From contig NMRA01000283.1 in the NCBI GenBank assembly GCA_002633005.1, positions 62,001-126,000 of the forward strand: a stretch of DNA of 64,000 nt, in the 5' to 3' direction. A program made the translations under genes and the position numbers. Shown here piece by piece: positions 12,673 to 26,400 of this stretch. Positions within the stretch are counted from its first letter, which is position 1; every line of letters begins with the position of its first letter. The DNA is from Phoronis australis (lineage: Eukaryota; Animalia; Phoronida). The notes under the pieces were generated by a model that saw only the letters and a list, made by a program, of their open reading frames with translations, was not told the origin of the DNA and made no database searches.

Positions 12673-15600
12673 ATCTTCGCGCTAATGGCATGAAGTCGTT
12701 GTCAAGCGTCTCTTTTGTCATTAACTAGATAGAGCGCGTTTTAAAATCGTCGGGCACGTTACTCTACCAAGGTCTCCACCACGGTAATACACATTCTCAA
12801 CCACGAAACCACAGCCGTGTGTTGTAACTGAACGATTACGACGAATTGTAGCAATAATGTTAAAGTTTAAAGATCCGTAAGGTTTCATAACTTTAACCTT
12901 TTTTAGTTTTCTTCAGTGTCTTTGGTTTTATCGTTGATTAAAAAGGTAATTGAACAATAAATTTGTTTTAATTTTCTCAAAAGTGTTTTGTTTTCGCGAT
13001 ACCGGAGCCGGCTGACGCTAATCTTTTGAAATGACCACTAACCGTTCCTCTGTTCCGCTGATGTGTTTTCACCAGCATATAACACACGCAGAATCTCCGA
13101 TTCGGTTAACGGTAGACGTTCACTTGAATCAGATATAAACAATATTAGAATAAAACTGAAAGCAAAAAATTGCGTGCTGATAACAGGTCCGCAAGATGGT
13201 CCACGGGTAAGTCTCTAGTAGCACAACTGAGGCTCGAAATCGCCGATACCCCAGTTCTTCTTCCAAACAAGTTTGTCAAACGCCAAATATCTGCCGACAT
13301 GTCTCTGCTGTACATCTTCTTATCAACTTCTGACATTGTTACCCAGTTTCAAAATCATGCGACTAGAATCCGCGGACAAATTTCTAAATCAACATACACC
13401 GTGTTCTATTCGCCTGTCTTGCTCCTGTTCCAGTACTTTTTCGGTCATAGTAACACGAGCACTTTTATTAGCTCAGAAAACAATAATAATCAAACCTTCA
13501 ACTTCCACTGCCGCAAAAATCGCCTTGCTTTGGTTCCCATTTAAAGGAAATTGTCATGTAACCATGTATGACAAACGAAATGAGAGCTGCCTCCAGGAAA
13601 CCCTTCACTGAGTTATGAACTGATCCGCCAAGGTTAACAGTTTCTCGGCCGGCAGATCTGACCTTGTTCCTGTCTTCCCTGCCACGCGAGAGCGTGCATT
13701 CTTGGTTTTTTACGTATGATGTTCTGCTGCAAGTAAAGCGCAATCCAATAAATACAGGAGCCGTTCCAGTTCCAGGAAAGTTACAGCGAGTCCTTGTTAG
13801 ATCGTGAACATGGAAAATATGGTTTCTTCAACAGGTCTTTGGATTTACTGCAGAAAAGAAAAATGAATTAATTACAAAAAGTCGCGTAATTTAGCCGCGC
13901 AATGGCAGCCGTCTGATCGTTTGAGATAAGTGGCATTTATCTGTGTTCATTTTTTCGGCATACCTGATATCTGTGATTACTTTTCTGATTTCCAAAACGT
14001 TTGTGTTAATTAGTAAGCAAAGCCTAAAAGAAAATTCGCGTGCACGGATTTTACTTTTTGTTTTGTGACTTATTAATCGAACGTTAAAGTTTGGAGAATT
14101 GCCGCGACTTCTGTTTTAAAAATACTAAGAAATAAAGTTGCTGAAAGGCGAAAACGAAGGGAAGAATCTTTAAATCTTTATTTAGCATGATTGTATAATA
14201 CAGTGTTTTGGTTATATTTTGACAATAGTCGCAACAAATGAAAAAGATAAATTTTATAGCACATTTTCTAAAAAAAGAAAAAGTCATTTTTGTATGTCCC
14301 AAACGTAGAGTTTTGATTTTGATCGTTCATAACAGTATCTTTAAAAAGGGTTTCAGTAAAGTATGCCAAAATCTCTTTGACTGAAAGTGAATGGAACCAT
14401 ATAAAATACAAAACGGATCTTAAGACTTTTGCCTGTGACTTGTGTTGCCGGCTCATTCGACGAAAGTTTAAGCGTGGTATTTTGAGGTATAAGAATTCAA
14501 CATTGACAGCGAAACAGGCCGAAATGCAGCTTTAAAACTAAACGCACATACTCATTGTGTCACAAAATGGATATTATGGTTCTCGACGAGTGGTCTTTCC
14601 CTACAGTTGTCGTCAGTACAGCTCGCCTAAAGAGTAAATCACGCTTGTCCGTTTGGAAGAATTTGTAGGATTGTTCAACATTTGTCCCAAACTTTTGAGG
14701 GCTGACGAAGGTTACAAAGCTTTTTTGAGTGTAGGACGATAAACCTGTTGTTAGTATTTATTAACCGGCAAACGCTGGGTTTAGTATCTTTTTTTAAGCA
14801 AAATGAGATTCATGCGTATATAGAGTACACGCATATAGGATCTGCAGTCTAAATCTCGAGCACTAACCATTCGCTTAATAATTGCAGGAAACCTGAAAAA
14901 TGGAGAAACTTTTGTGATTGATTCTACGTGTAGAATGGTTATTTTTCCACAAGGTTACAAACAGTAGCTTTCAAAATAAACTGTACACCGTCGAAATTTG
15001 ACAAAGTTTCGGTGAACAAAGCATAGAATAAGTAACTTTCTGTTTTTGACTACATTAACCGTTTCAACTCTGGCTAAATCTGCGAAATCTCGACTGGTGT
15101 CGCTCACTGTTGAAATGGCGACAACAAATTATGCAAGTCCTGTTTTTTAAATTAATGAACCACTATGCATTTCTTTCCGCCAAATTTGAGTAGCAAGCGG
15201 AAGTCGCTTTCTCGCTCTCAATACTGTAGAGAGCGCCATTAAAGTTCCCTACTATCGCCTAAGCGCAATAACGCTACACTCAGACTAAAGTTCGCCAAAA
15301 ATACAATTTTATTGGGATTAAAGTTCAACTAAACTGCCAGTTAAAACAAAAATGGCAAGAAGTTCGTCCAAATCACAGTTAGTGTCTAGCAGAGTTCAGC
15401 CGGGGTCTGTCACGCATAAGTTGAGAACTGCAGTAATTGGTGTGAATGGTGTTTCAAATGAAGCAAATGCTCTATAATAATCGCCTCCTTTAATTAATAG
15501 CCCGGTGAACGAAGTGCAAAAGTGAGATGTAATCAAGACACGAAGTCCCCAGAGAATCTGATCGTATCAGCTCGTGACACATCAATCTGTTCCTGTTTAC

Positions 15601-16599
15601 AATACTGTCAAATATAAAAGGCTGCGATGAAAATGTTTTGGTTCATTAACTGGATGTCTGAAGACTATTTGATGGAAACACGATGAACTCATCAACTAAA
15701 TATATCGCGTTTGTTTGATCACAGGGCACGTTAATGTTACATTCGTTATTTAAAATAAATTGAAATCGCATATTGATGCAAAATCAAATACAACGATTCG
15801 CTTCTGTAAATTTGGCTAACATTTCTGAGGATGAAGTTCAAAAATTGAAATCAAACTGCAAAGCATAACTGAAGTTAATATAGAAAATGGACATGATTGA
15901 AAACATGAAACTGAACCAGACTATCACTCACAGACCCACTCAAGCACGCAGTCACTCAATATCATCCCCCACACACGTTATTACACAGTATCCCACTTTT
16001 AATGCATAAATAAATATTTGAGTTTTTACTGGCTATGCAATTTTCACTGTTATCATGATATCCCTAATCAGTGCACTGGGCCCTCAGATCCAATTTCAAG
16101 TGTCAAATTCGGAACACGGCGCATTCGTAACGGAACTATGGCTAAGTGTAGGATCTCCCGCGATATCCCAGGCGACCGGCAGTGGCGCTGCGCACTACGA
16201 CTCCGTTTCCGTCGTCTGCTCCACTGTGCAATGGAGAAAATTTACTTCATTTTTTAGAGAAAATGGAACCTGAGTGACGATGAAAAAACAGAAGCTGCGG
16301 GTAAGATGTGAAATTTAATCGAAGCCTAAGTGAATCCCTCAGAAACTCATTAATTCTCTCTTTGTCAAACCTTAACTTAAGACGATTTCCAAAGCAATCC
16401 CGTCATTATTGCCAACACGAAAAACGGATTTGGTCTTTCGGGCATTTGAACACTATTTTAAATACAACAAATTTGCTTAGAACCGATTACACAAAATATA
16501 AAATGTGTAATAAGCATTACAAAAAGAAGGTTTCGCGCGCAAACGCTGTGGACCATAAACAAGTACATGTAGGTCTCTTAGTTACTGTTTAATATTGAA

Positions 16600-16660
16600 G
16601 TCGTGGTGGTGTAGTGGCAAAGCACGCGCGTCCTATCAGCCAGGTCGTGAGTTCGAGTCT
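16600..16660 (+). repeat. tRNA-derived sequence (SINE head or tRNA pseudogene)
   Basis: A-box-like TGGTGTAGTGG and B-box-like GAGTTCGAGTCT at tRNA-like spacing, but no complete cloverleaf or acceptor stem. Confidence 0.45.
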
Positions 16661-19600
16661 GTGAAACTCGCAATTTTTCTTGTGTGACACATGCTCCGTG
16701 TTTTTTTTTTCCTTTTTTTCTTGGATAATACATCAGAAATCAAGGAAAATGCTTGATTTTTAGAGGAAAAAACAGAAAAATTTCCTCCCCCCATTCGGTG
16801 CTGTGCGCATCTGCAATCGTGGTTTGCGCAAATGCTTACAGCCGGAAAAAATGTTGGGCCCCCCCTTGTGATATCCTAGATCCGCCACTGTGTTACAGAT
16901 ATAAAATGCAGAAACAAAATGCCTAGCTATATAGGATAGGATGTCGACATGTCGACCAGTTGTCTCGCTTAACAGATTCAATTTCTCTTCGATAATCTCG
17001 GTCAAAATCAACCTAGACTTTCATTAACCAAAGCTCACTCCCGCAAAATTTCACTTTTTCAAGCGTGGCACGAATCGCCTTCCTTGAGGTTTGAAATTTT
17101 CAAGAAGGAATTTGTGGAAAGAATTCTGTCTAAGGTTATGTAGGACCTAAGAAAAGTGTCCAAAAGTTTCTGCCTTCGGAACACCACATCTCAAAAATGG
17201 TTGATCCTATTCAGATTCCACTTCCACATACAACGTGTACATGTTTGTTTATCCACCGTTTTCCAACACGCGGCAATTAAGAATTGTCATTTAAATTGTT
17301 CCGCTTTTGCATGAGGGTCTGTCAAAGATAGGAGTGTCATGGTTTTTGCGAAAAAAACTCAAAGTTTGCATCGAACAAAAACGAAATGATATTTCAGAGA
17401 ACTGCAACGGCGCTTCTGAGATTTCATCTAGAGCATTTATATCAAATAAAATGTTGCAGTTATTTTGGCATGATTGTATCTTTCTTGTTTTGCTAAAATT
17501 ACTACCTCCTATTAAGACATGATCACTTGACTCAATTCAAGACATATTGCTATTGAAGCTGTATAACTTGAATTCTAGAGCCTTTTTACTTTAAACAAAT
17601 ACATACTTTTACAGACTTAGTTTATAAATCATTGTAGATACTGGGCACACACTTGTCAACAAGGCCCTATATAACCTTAAAAATCTAAATTGGAACCATT
17701 TATTTTTAGGATATTTTGTGGTGAAATTAGAAAGAGAATATATATTTTTCCAGTTAATTTTTTATCCGAACTAATGATGACCATGATTTTAATACAGCTT
17801 TTCAGTCTTGTTGAAAAAAAGTTACGAAGTTCACAAACCCGTTTCCGAAGTTAACATAGAAAGTAAGGAACACGTCTTGTGAGCACACGTGATTATTTTA
17901 CAGCTATGCAGTTACACTCTATACAGAAATTCGTTTTAACACAAAAATGGTTACAAGGTAATTATACAGTAGTATTTCGACAGTTGAATTCCTAACAAAT
18001 ACAATCCCCTCTAGCCCTAAAATCCGACAGTGATTAAAAAATGCGTTCTTCGGAGCTGAATCCTACCTTGTCCCAAAGCCCCGCGCAGCACAATCTTCGA
18101 AAACAATTGCGTTTGTTTATGGGTTGCGATGGAACCCTTTTTTACTACGGCGAGCTGAATCAACTTGAGTTCACTGACAACGTCAACAGAAAGATTCAAA
18201 ACTCCTAATTTATTTTACTCTAGTTTGAAATTTTTTCGAGTACGGCTTGACCTACTTGGTGTGTGACATGGTTATTAATAAGACTCGACTACAAAGATTC
18301 AAATTAAATTTTAGGATATGAAGTCAGAAACGCTTGCAGTATGTCAAAATATATATTGTCATTTTATTGGCAGGCACTGTCTAGAACAAAATTATTTTAA
18401 AAGAGCAATGCCGTTTCAACTCACAACACAGAGAAAATTAAATCACAGAACACCTTCTCATTTGAAATGAGCTTTTCTCAAATAAATGAGCTTCGAAAAA
18501 AGGACTTAAATTGAATACTTAATAAGGTATTGCCCAGACAATGCCACACTTGCAAATTCATTAATCGGTCTATCTTATATATGGTGTGGTGGCCACAAGG
18601 ACGTAATGCATCTTTTTGTTGACCAGTGGTTTGTCACGTCCGCGTGCATGAACATGAAAACAAATTTTCTAGAATTTCGATGTCTTTTTGGTTAGTAATG
18701 TTCATATGCTGTAACTTGAATTGCGTCAAGCACAGGGGTAGCATAAAATCATACGCACGAGCATCGCATCTATAGCACGAACACTTTATCGTGCGTATGA
18801 TTTGTGTTTGCATGTGTGATAATTGTGGTTCGTGCGCATGATGATCGTATGCGTGATTCTTACTTATGCATGAGTCATGGGTTCATATGCATGATTCATA
18901 GGTTAGTAGGTGGCTCGTGTGGACGATTCTATGCCAAGATTAATCTAGGTCGCCCCAAAATAAATTCTAATGCTGCTATTTATTGATTTAAAACTTCTTT
19001 ATTTAAAATTGCATAACTCCTACTCCCTCACACACCTGTTCCGTGAACATTCATCTGAGCCCAGTGAGTGAGAAAGGTTCATGAGGGTGCAGTTACATCA
19101 CTATGGAACCAAAAGGGTCTCGTGCTAATGGCTGTGAACTACATGTAGTTCGTCGACGATCTTCAGAAAAAAATCTATTTTGAGAAAAACTAAAACGACT
19201 ATAAACCCACGTTGTGTCCAAGAAGGCGCCAACTTTTGATTTATACCACACACCGGTTTTTACTGGAATGAAAAGAGATGTTTTTTTTTTGTTTGCAGAG
19301 GTCTAACATTATGTTTGTACCATTCATATTTCCATATTTAATATGAAAATAACCTGTGTAAATAAGTGTTTGATCGCATAATTCAGTCCAGTTTGTAAAA
19401 GCAAGATGTCAAATTTTGCCTTTTAGACACCAATTTTCTTCACCGGTGTAATTGCGCATATAGTGCCGGCCATCATATTATGATTGCTCACGTCAGATTA
19501 TCTGAATGCTGACGGCGCAGGTTACAACGCCAACTAAAGCGGCTGTGCTATTGGGCAGCTCCGGTCGACATCCAGAGAAGCGACAACGCTTGGCATTCAA

Positions 19601-21247
19601 ATTTCCCGTCAGAGGGCGCGTTGTACAGCTATTCATTGTTAGTAACAGCTTACCTTAGATACCGACACAGGTAATATGGCGGTCACGGTCAGCTAAAAGT
19701 CCGGTCAATAGTATCTGGGATATGTCTTAAAAAATGTCAGGCACGTTTGAAAGGACAGGTCTCGGACCACTAGAATTCTTTCCAGCGAAATATGGAGTGC
19801 AGAGGTCGTTGTCCGGTAAGTGAATATTGATATGAAATTATATAGTGTAGTGATATTTCAGCGACTGAACGATACACTAGATCGACTCAATTGCCGACTG
19901 GCAGGGTTCGCCGTCAAGGTGATTGCCCTACCTCAGTGGGCCGTTGGGTACGTCGGAGTTCTCAGTGCCCAAAAGCAATTGTACTATCTGCTGACTGACC
20001 CACTGAGCCTATTAGTCCGATTTCTCATTGAGGACAACTTTCACCGAAATGTCTCTTTCCACCAGATGACGGCTGGCCTAGGCGGCCGGGCACCCGGATG
20101 CGCCGTCAGACTCAAGGTCTGGTGAGTGGCCGGGCTGAACCCGTCGAAAACGGCAGCGGCGTTGACAACTGAGACGCTGAGTCGATTTCCCAGTGACAAC
20201 AGGTTTTGCTATTTGGGTAGAAAACCGATTGTGGATTGAAGAATACCGTGACAAATCACCGTCAGATTTCTCGCGGCGTCTCTACTGACTTATTGTATAG
20301 GGAACCTCATCTAAAATCGATATCTAATCAATTACAGTTAATTATTAACAGCAAGTCAAGACACCTACTAGGCCACTGAGTTAGGGTTGCGCCACAGACC
20401 GGCTGCTTTAGGTCCTCTCTCAGTGAACCCCATTTCAGTGGACCGTCAGCACTAGCTGGCCGGTACTGCACCGTGGAAAACTGTTCTTGAACCGACCGGC
20501 TGGATACTGTGCCATGCACGAAGTGCCTTGCCTATGGGGCGTAAGTGTTGAGCCAGTGGGCTTTCCCTTCAGACTTTCTGTGAAAGTGTACCTTTTCACA
20601 TTTTATTGGCTACCGACGAGTGAAGGGTTGTAGGCGTTAATTTACTTGCACTTATGCAGGAGATGTCATGATGCAGTCACATTACATTTAGAATTGTTGA
20701 CCGACGGTAAACAATAACGACAGTAGGCCTACAAACTGTATTGCCTTTGAATTCAGTGGGGAGACTAGAATCGATTAGCCCAGCTATATATATACTAGTC
20801 CTTAAAATCCCTTCCAAACTATACGCAGCGAAACATGTACATGTAGATGAAAGTTATTTAATAGAGCACATTTGTCAACTATACTAGTGCTGGATTTAGC
20901 CTTTGATGCCCTGACCAGGATTTTTTGTATGGTTGCATGCTTCCAGTTTTTGTGGTACAGATCACCTAACGCACTCGAAAACCGTGACGAGCTCTTTTTT
21001 CTTACATACTTCGAAAAATTCCGACAAACGGCTTATGCACAGATTTTCCAAAGCAAATTTATTCCGATATATAGACGAATTTTTTAGGGAATTTTAAACA
21101 GTTTACTGCGCCAGTTTCTTCAGGGATCCCTCTGGCAAGGGACTATGGAGTCATCTGTTGCTGTTTTTTTAATTGTGCATCACTTGATATAAATTGGGAA
21201 CTTTACGGAGGGCGGCCGTGATGATAGCATCTACTGCTGCGCATTTC

Positions 21248-21986
21248 TACTCCACTTTTTCCAATCTCCTCGGAAAATAAAGGGAAGGGGAAAATCTATG
21301 AATTATTCATTTCCAAATTGTATGTAAAACCTGTCGCGGAATTGAAGTGGGAGAGAGAAATTAACTTAGTCCTGGAAAAAAAATGATTCTGTGATTTATC
21401 ATTGTACTTACGATGTCAGACTCAGATGGTTTCAATTCCGTATCAACCTCAGACTTATTGGTACAAACTCTTATTTAAAGAAAATAGGTGTTAGTGAATC
21501 GTCTTTATGTTCTTTCTGTGAGCAACATGAAGAAACAATCCTACATTTGTATTGGGAATGTTCACTTGTTCAGAAGTTTTTGGGATGTTTAAAAACATGG
21601 ATGATAAATCAGTGCAATTTCCCTCTGCAGTTAAATATGTCTTCCGCCTTGTTTGGAAACCCAGCCTGTAGATTAGAAGTTGTAAAGTTAATTCTTTGCT
21701 TAGCGAAATTTCATTTATATAGGCAAAGACTGTAAACGGCTAAGCCCAATTTTCAGTCAATTTTACGTGAGGTATGTGATTACTACAATCTGGAAAAATT
21801 ATTTACAATGATAAATTGGATCTTGAGAGATTCCAGACAAGGTGGTCTTCTTTTTTGCCTAACTAGTTTTTATAGGGTCCGATAATGTTCGTAATTTGTT
21901 TGATAAACACTTAACTAGATTTCATATTGCTGCACAACTATGTACTGGTTGGTTGAATTAAAAAATGTTTCACCCCAAAAAAAAAA
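21248..21986 (+). mobile_element. 5'-truncated L1/Tx1-clade LINE (ORF2 C-terminal zinc-binding region, 3' UTR, poly-A)
   Basis: Frameshifted ORF2 remnant KIYELF...KWEREI / LRWFQFRINLRLIGTN...CSFCEQHEETILHLYWEC (zf-RVT-like); A-tract 21977-21987; 15-bp TSD ACTGCTGCGCATTTC at 21233-21247 and 21987-22001. Confidence 0.9.
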
Positions 21987-23482
21987 ACTGCTGCGCATTT
22001 CCTGCTTTCGAAATTTTTAATCATTTCGCAGTAGGACCCGGGCCTTTGGAGCGTAACCGCTGATCATCCAAGCCTACTTTTCCTGATATTTTTATTTATA
22101 CCCTTTCCTGTTCAGGGGTCACCCACGGAAGGATCGAGCCCCAACAATGAAGTTTTCATTTCCTTAATCCTTTCATATTCAGACGGACTCCTTGTTGGAG
22201 CAACTGCTGCTACTAACGACCCTATCCGTGATAACTATTCACGAAGATAAAATTTCAAATTCGTCGAGAAACAGCAGCAACAAGACATACAATAAGTAGG
22301 AGGTTTACAAAAAGTCTTTCTGTGTGCGCCTTTATAGGTCTTATTTTGTTGACGATGTGACTGTCCAACATCTCAATGTTATTTTTTTCATTCTAACAAT
22401 ACCTGCCTGCCAGGGTTCATTGGTTTCTGATGTACACGTTTATGTGACTACGAAAATCGACTGGTTCATAATTAATTGACCATTCAGTGAGCTTGGTTGC
22501 AGGCTGAAATTTAGGAAAATCGCTATCATCCGATTCTCACACAGCAAAGTGCAATAGGTGATTTTTGCCAATTAGCAATAACTCCGCAATAAATTGGCGT
22601 TTCGGTGAATGCTGACACTCTGGTTGATGAAATTCAGTCATTTGCCCCTTCCTCCCCGGGGGTACGACTACCAGAAACTCGTGCACCGAATTAGAGACTA
22701 CCGGTACTGCTGGTACGGTACCAGGCAACCGGTATCAAACCATGACACAAAGGAAGTGAACTTTCCCCACAAAAGACTGTAACTCCTGATCTCAGGTCTT
22801 ATTTTCACTCTTTGAAATTGATGAAACTAACAGAAATTCCCCGAGACGACTTTTCATTTACTCTGCAAGGTGATACTATTTCTCCCTGTATTTCTCCAAA
22901 CTTCATAGTCCCCATGAGTTTCACACATTCCCCTTAAGAGTCATTTTGGCAGTACATGTTTTTGGCACCCTAAAAATGGATTTCACAAAAACTACTGCGC
23001 GATCGCGCTCAACGTGTTCAGGTCTACAAAGTTATCATTTCTCGTGAAATATTGTTGAAACACACAATTTTCCGTTGGCCACCCCACACGGGGAAAGGGA
23101 GTTCCCCCTAACAGCAAAGTCCGCACACCAGTATGGAGCAGGGGAATGGCACGGGTTGTGAAAATTGGAACCACGAGGCGGAACAGAAGTTTGGTGAACT
23201 TGATTTAGTTTACCCCACTGCCTGCAATGCTTTTTACCTTCCTAAGTACCTGATACTAAAGTGAAAGAGAAGCTGTGATTTTAATATATATCGTTTTCTT
23301 CAATTTTTTAAATGACGTAGCATCAATTCTAAAGCTTTATGTCAGACCATGTGATGTATTCAAGTAAACCATGTGCGACAAATACGTAGCATTATGCAAT
23401 AATATAGAATACTTGAACATGTGTTGGGTCAACCGAGCCAAGTGTGTCGTTTTCACTTATCCATTAACTCTAATGTCCACAG

Positions 23483-26400
23483 CTCCAACAAAGTTCAAAC
23501 TTCGCAGCTATGATGGTCCAGCACCTGGAGTACAATCCCCACGGTCGGTGGAGGAGATGGAAAGTCTAGAGGAGCCATTTAAGTACTCTTATCTGAATTC
23601 GCAGCAGCAGGAAGTCGTAGTGTCTCTGCTAAACGGGAATGTCTCATTGGACAATCTGGAACGCCCCCAAACGAGACTGGTCAAGATCTACATGAGTTCG
23701 AACTACACAGGTAAGGAGATGCCGACAGGGTTATCATTCCTTACCAATCTTTTAGTAAATGCACGGATTTGTGTTCCGTGGAACTGGTGAAATAAATGAA
23801 TAGACTGGTTTCGCAAAGGAGGTATCATTTGAAACTTTGCCAAATTCAAAATAAACTTGTTCCTTAATGTCCTTCATCAAACCTAGTCTAGGTGTAATTT
23901 ACTTTCAGAGTAGTATTTTGTTTTACACCCCCGTTCTCGACTGGTAATTCTTTAATTACTACTGATTATTAAAGAACCGTGGCCCCATTTGATAGTGGTA
24001 GACGCTGAGCAAAAATTTAGACAGTAGATCGCTGTTTATCCTTTATTGGATGCCGCGTGAGGAGCACGTGATTTAGACAAGATAACGGATTTATTAAAAC
24101 ATCGTAAGTGCTTTAAATTTTATCATACATGCGTATTTTTCAGATGCTATTGAAGAACGTAACGCGTTGATGGCATCTGCCTATCCGAAATTGAAGGAAT
24201 ATTGCAGAGCGAAGTATGGCGTAGAATTTCAGGTCCGTGTTCGTTAAATTACACCCGTTATGTACACGGTTTGAAATAAATGTGCTATTCACTGGTCTAT
24301 ATAAAATAAAGTAAACATTAAATAAACGTGAACAGAGATACAACCATTTTCGACGAGAGTTGAGAAGTATCCATCGATACCTTAGTTTCTCTTAATCCTG
24401 TGGTCTGGCCAATTTAGCAACATTACGTCCCAGTATACATGAAAATATGTTCCACACTTAACACATTGTGATAGTGGCATTTATTCTGCGAGTTATTGAG
24501 ATGTATTTTCGATCGTGCAGGTGGTAGACCTAAGATGGGGTCTTCCGATCAAGACCAAAGATGAACAGTACGCCGTCGACGTCTGCCTTGAAGAGATACG
24601 AAACTGTCAAACGATGACAGCTGGGCCACATTTCATGGTAAGTACTTAAAACTGATTTAAACAAATAGAACAAATGCAATTTTAGGTTTTTAACTGGGCC
24701 AAATTTACCACTATTTGCAAAGAATTTTTATCCTTTGATGATGACTGATGAGACAAGTCTTCATTCGGGATCAAAACATGTCGCAGATATACTGCTAATA
24801 TTGCGCACTGTAGTAATGGGTTACATACTATTCAGTGTGCAACCTAAGACCCGATCTTGGAACTTTTTTGTGTATCCGCTGACCTGAACAGGCAGCAAAG
24901 ATCTGTTATTTCACGCCAGCGCATACACGGGCACATTTACTACTTATGGTCGAGGATTTAGAAATATTGGATTAGAAAACCGCATATGTATAGAATGATG
25001 GAATTCAAGATGACCGAAATGCCAAGTCATGACGTCACACCTTTCACTCAATTTTTCGTGCTCACGCCGTCCTCTTTAAAAGGTAGTTACTTATAGGTAT
25101 ATGCCACTAATATTCGCCCACAACATTTTAGGCATTTATAGGACAAAAGTATGGCTACGTGCCTCTTCCGTCGCAAATCAACAGCACGCATTTCGAACAG
25201 ATCCACGGCGCTCTGGTTGCACATGAAGTCGATGTCTCCCTACTGAATGAATGGTACAGGAATGACGAGAACAATGTGCCACCTGTCCACGTGCTACAGC
25301 CTATAGGGAGGATTCTGGGTAGGCTGGGCATTGTATATTTAGTGTCATGTCGCTAATTTCGTCTTTTTATACGAATCAGCCGATTCAATATATGGAACCC
25401 AGAACGAATTTCAGTTAATAAAGTTACTCAAACAAGGGCTTTTACAATGATCCATCTTTTTGAGAGAACTTATTTAAACGTCTTGAATGAACTAGACAAC
25501 CGTGATTGTAGGACTATAAGTATTCAGTAATGTAAGTCCGAAAAGATTTCTGCCCCCCGATTGGGACTCGCACCCAGTACCTTCTTTTCGGACTAATGCT
25601 CATTAGGCAACGTGATGTGCCCAATAGGTGGCGTGCAGACAAGTCCTAAAACTTTTTGTGATATGTGATTCCACGCCGATTTCAGATTTACATAATATAT
25701 TCAGTAATGTCTTGAGTGGGATGGTGTTCTGTTAAAAGGATACTGCGCCCTATTTTTCGCCTATTCAATGATACTAACAACGACTGTCTTATCAAGCTCT
25801 TTAAAACAAATTAAAGGTCTGTAAACCTCGTCAACCCTTGAAACTTTGGAGCAAATTTAGAAAACAATATAAAAAGCCAGCTAAAGAACGACTTGTGCTT
25901 TAGGCGAGTTACTGTAACATAGTGAATAGTGTGTTTTAGTTGAACCCTGGTTCTATCACTCACCTGAGACGCCAATGGTGAATCAGCAGAACACAGAACG
26001 GGATTTAGTATTCTTTTAAACCTTAGTAAAGAAAAAATGTTCGTGCCCAACTCGTCGTTCTACGTCGAAAATCGCAAAAGGCAAGTGAACTGTGCCTTTA
26101 AACAAAGCTTTTCGCCCAGTCAAATTTACGTAGGTCAATGCTTTGAATGTGATCACGTATCGCATACTGATTGATATGTCGGTGCCAAATATTCACATGG
26201 CCAGTACAGATGTATTCACGACTGTTGCAATTCGGCAGTTTACATTATGTGACGTTTGCTTGTAGGAGAGGACAAGAAAAAGTGGTGGACAGTTGAGGAT
26301 AACTTGCGATGTCTTTTGACAGACGGCGCCACATACGCGGTAGAGTCTGGGCACTTGGACCATAAGATACTGGAAGACTTGAAATCGTCAGGTAACTTCC

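Noticed and set aside
16600-16670. Functional tRNA gene
   Set aside because: A/B boxes are present but acceptor and anticodon stems cannot be formed; kept only as a tRNA-derived repeat.
18745-18900. CRISPR-like or structured ncRNA array (ATACGCACGA...TCGTGCGTAT, GCATGA repeats)
   Set aside because: Irregular short palindromic motifs typical of a MITE fragment; no constant repeat-spacer period, and the context is eukaryotic.
25732-26101. Another TTAA-bounded Kolobok-type MITE
   Set aside because: Ends (TTAAAAGGATACTG / TGTGCCTTTAA) match too weakly to delimit confidently.
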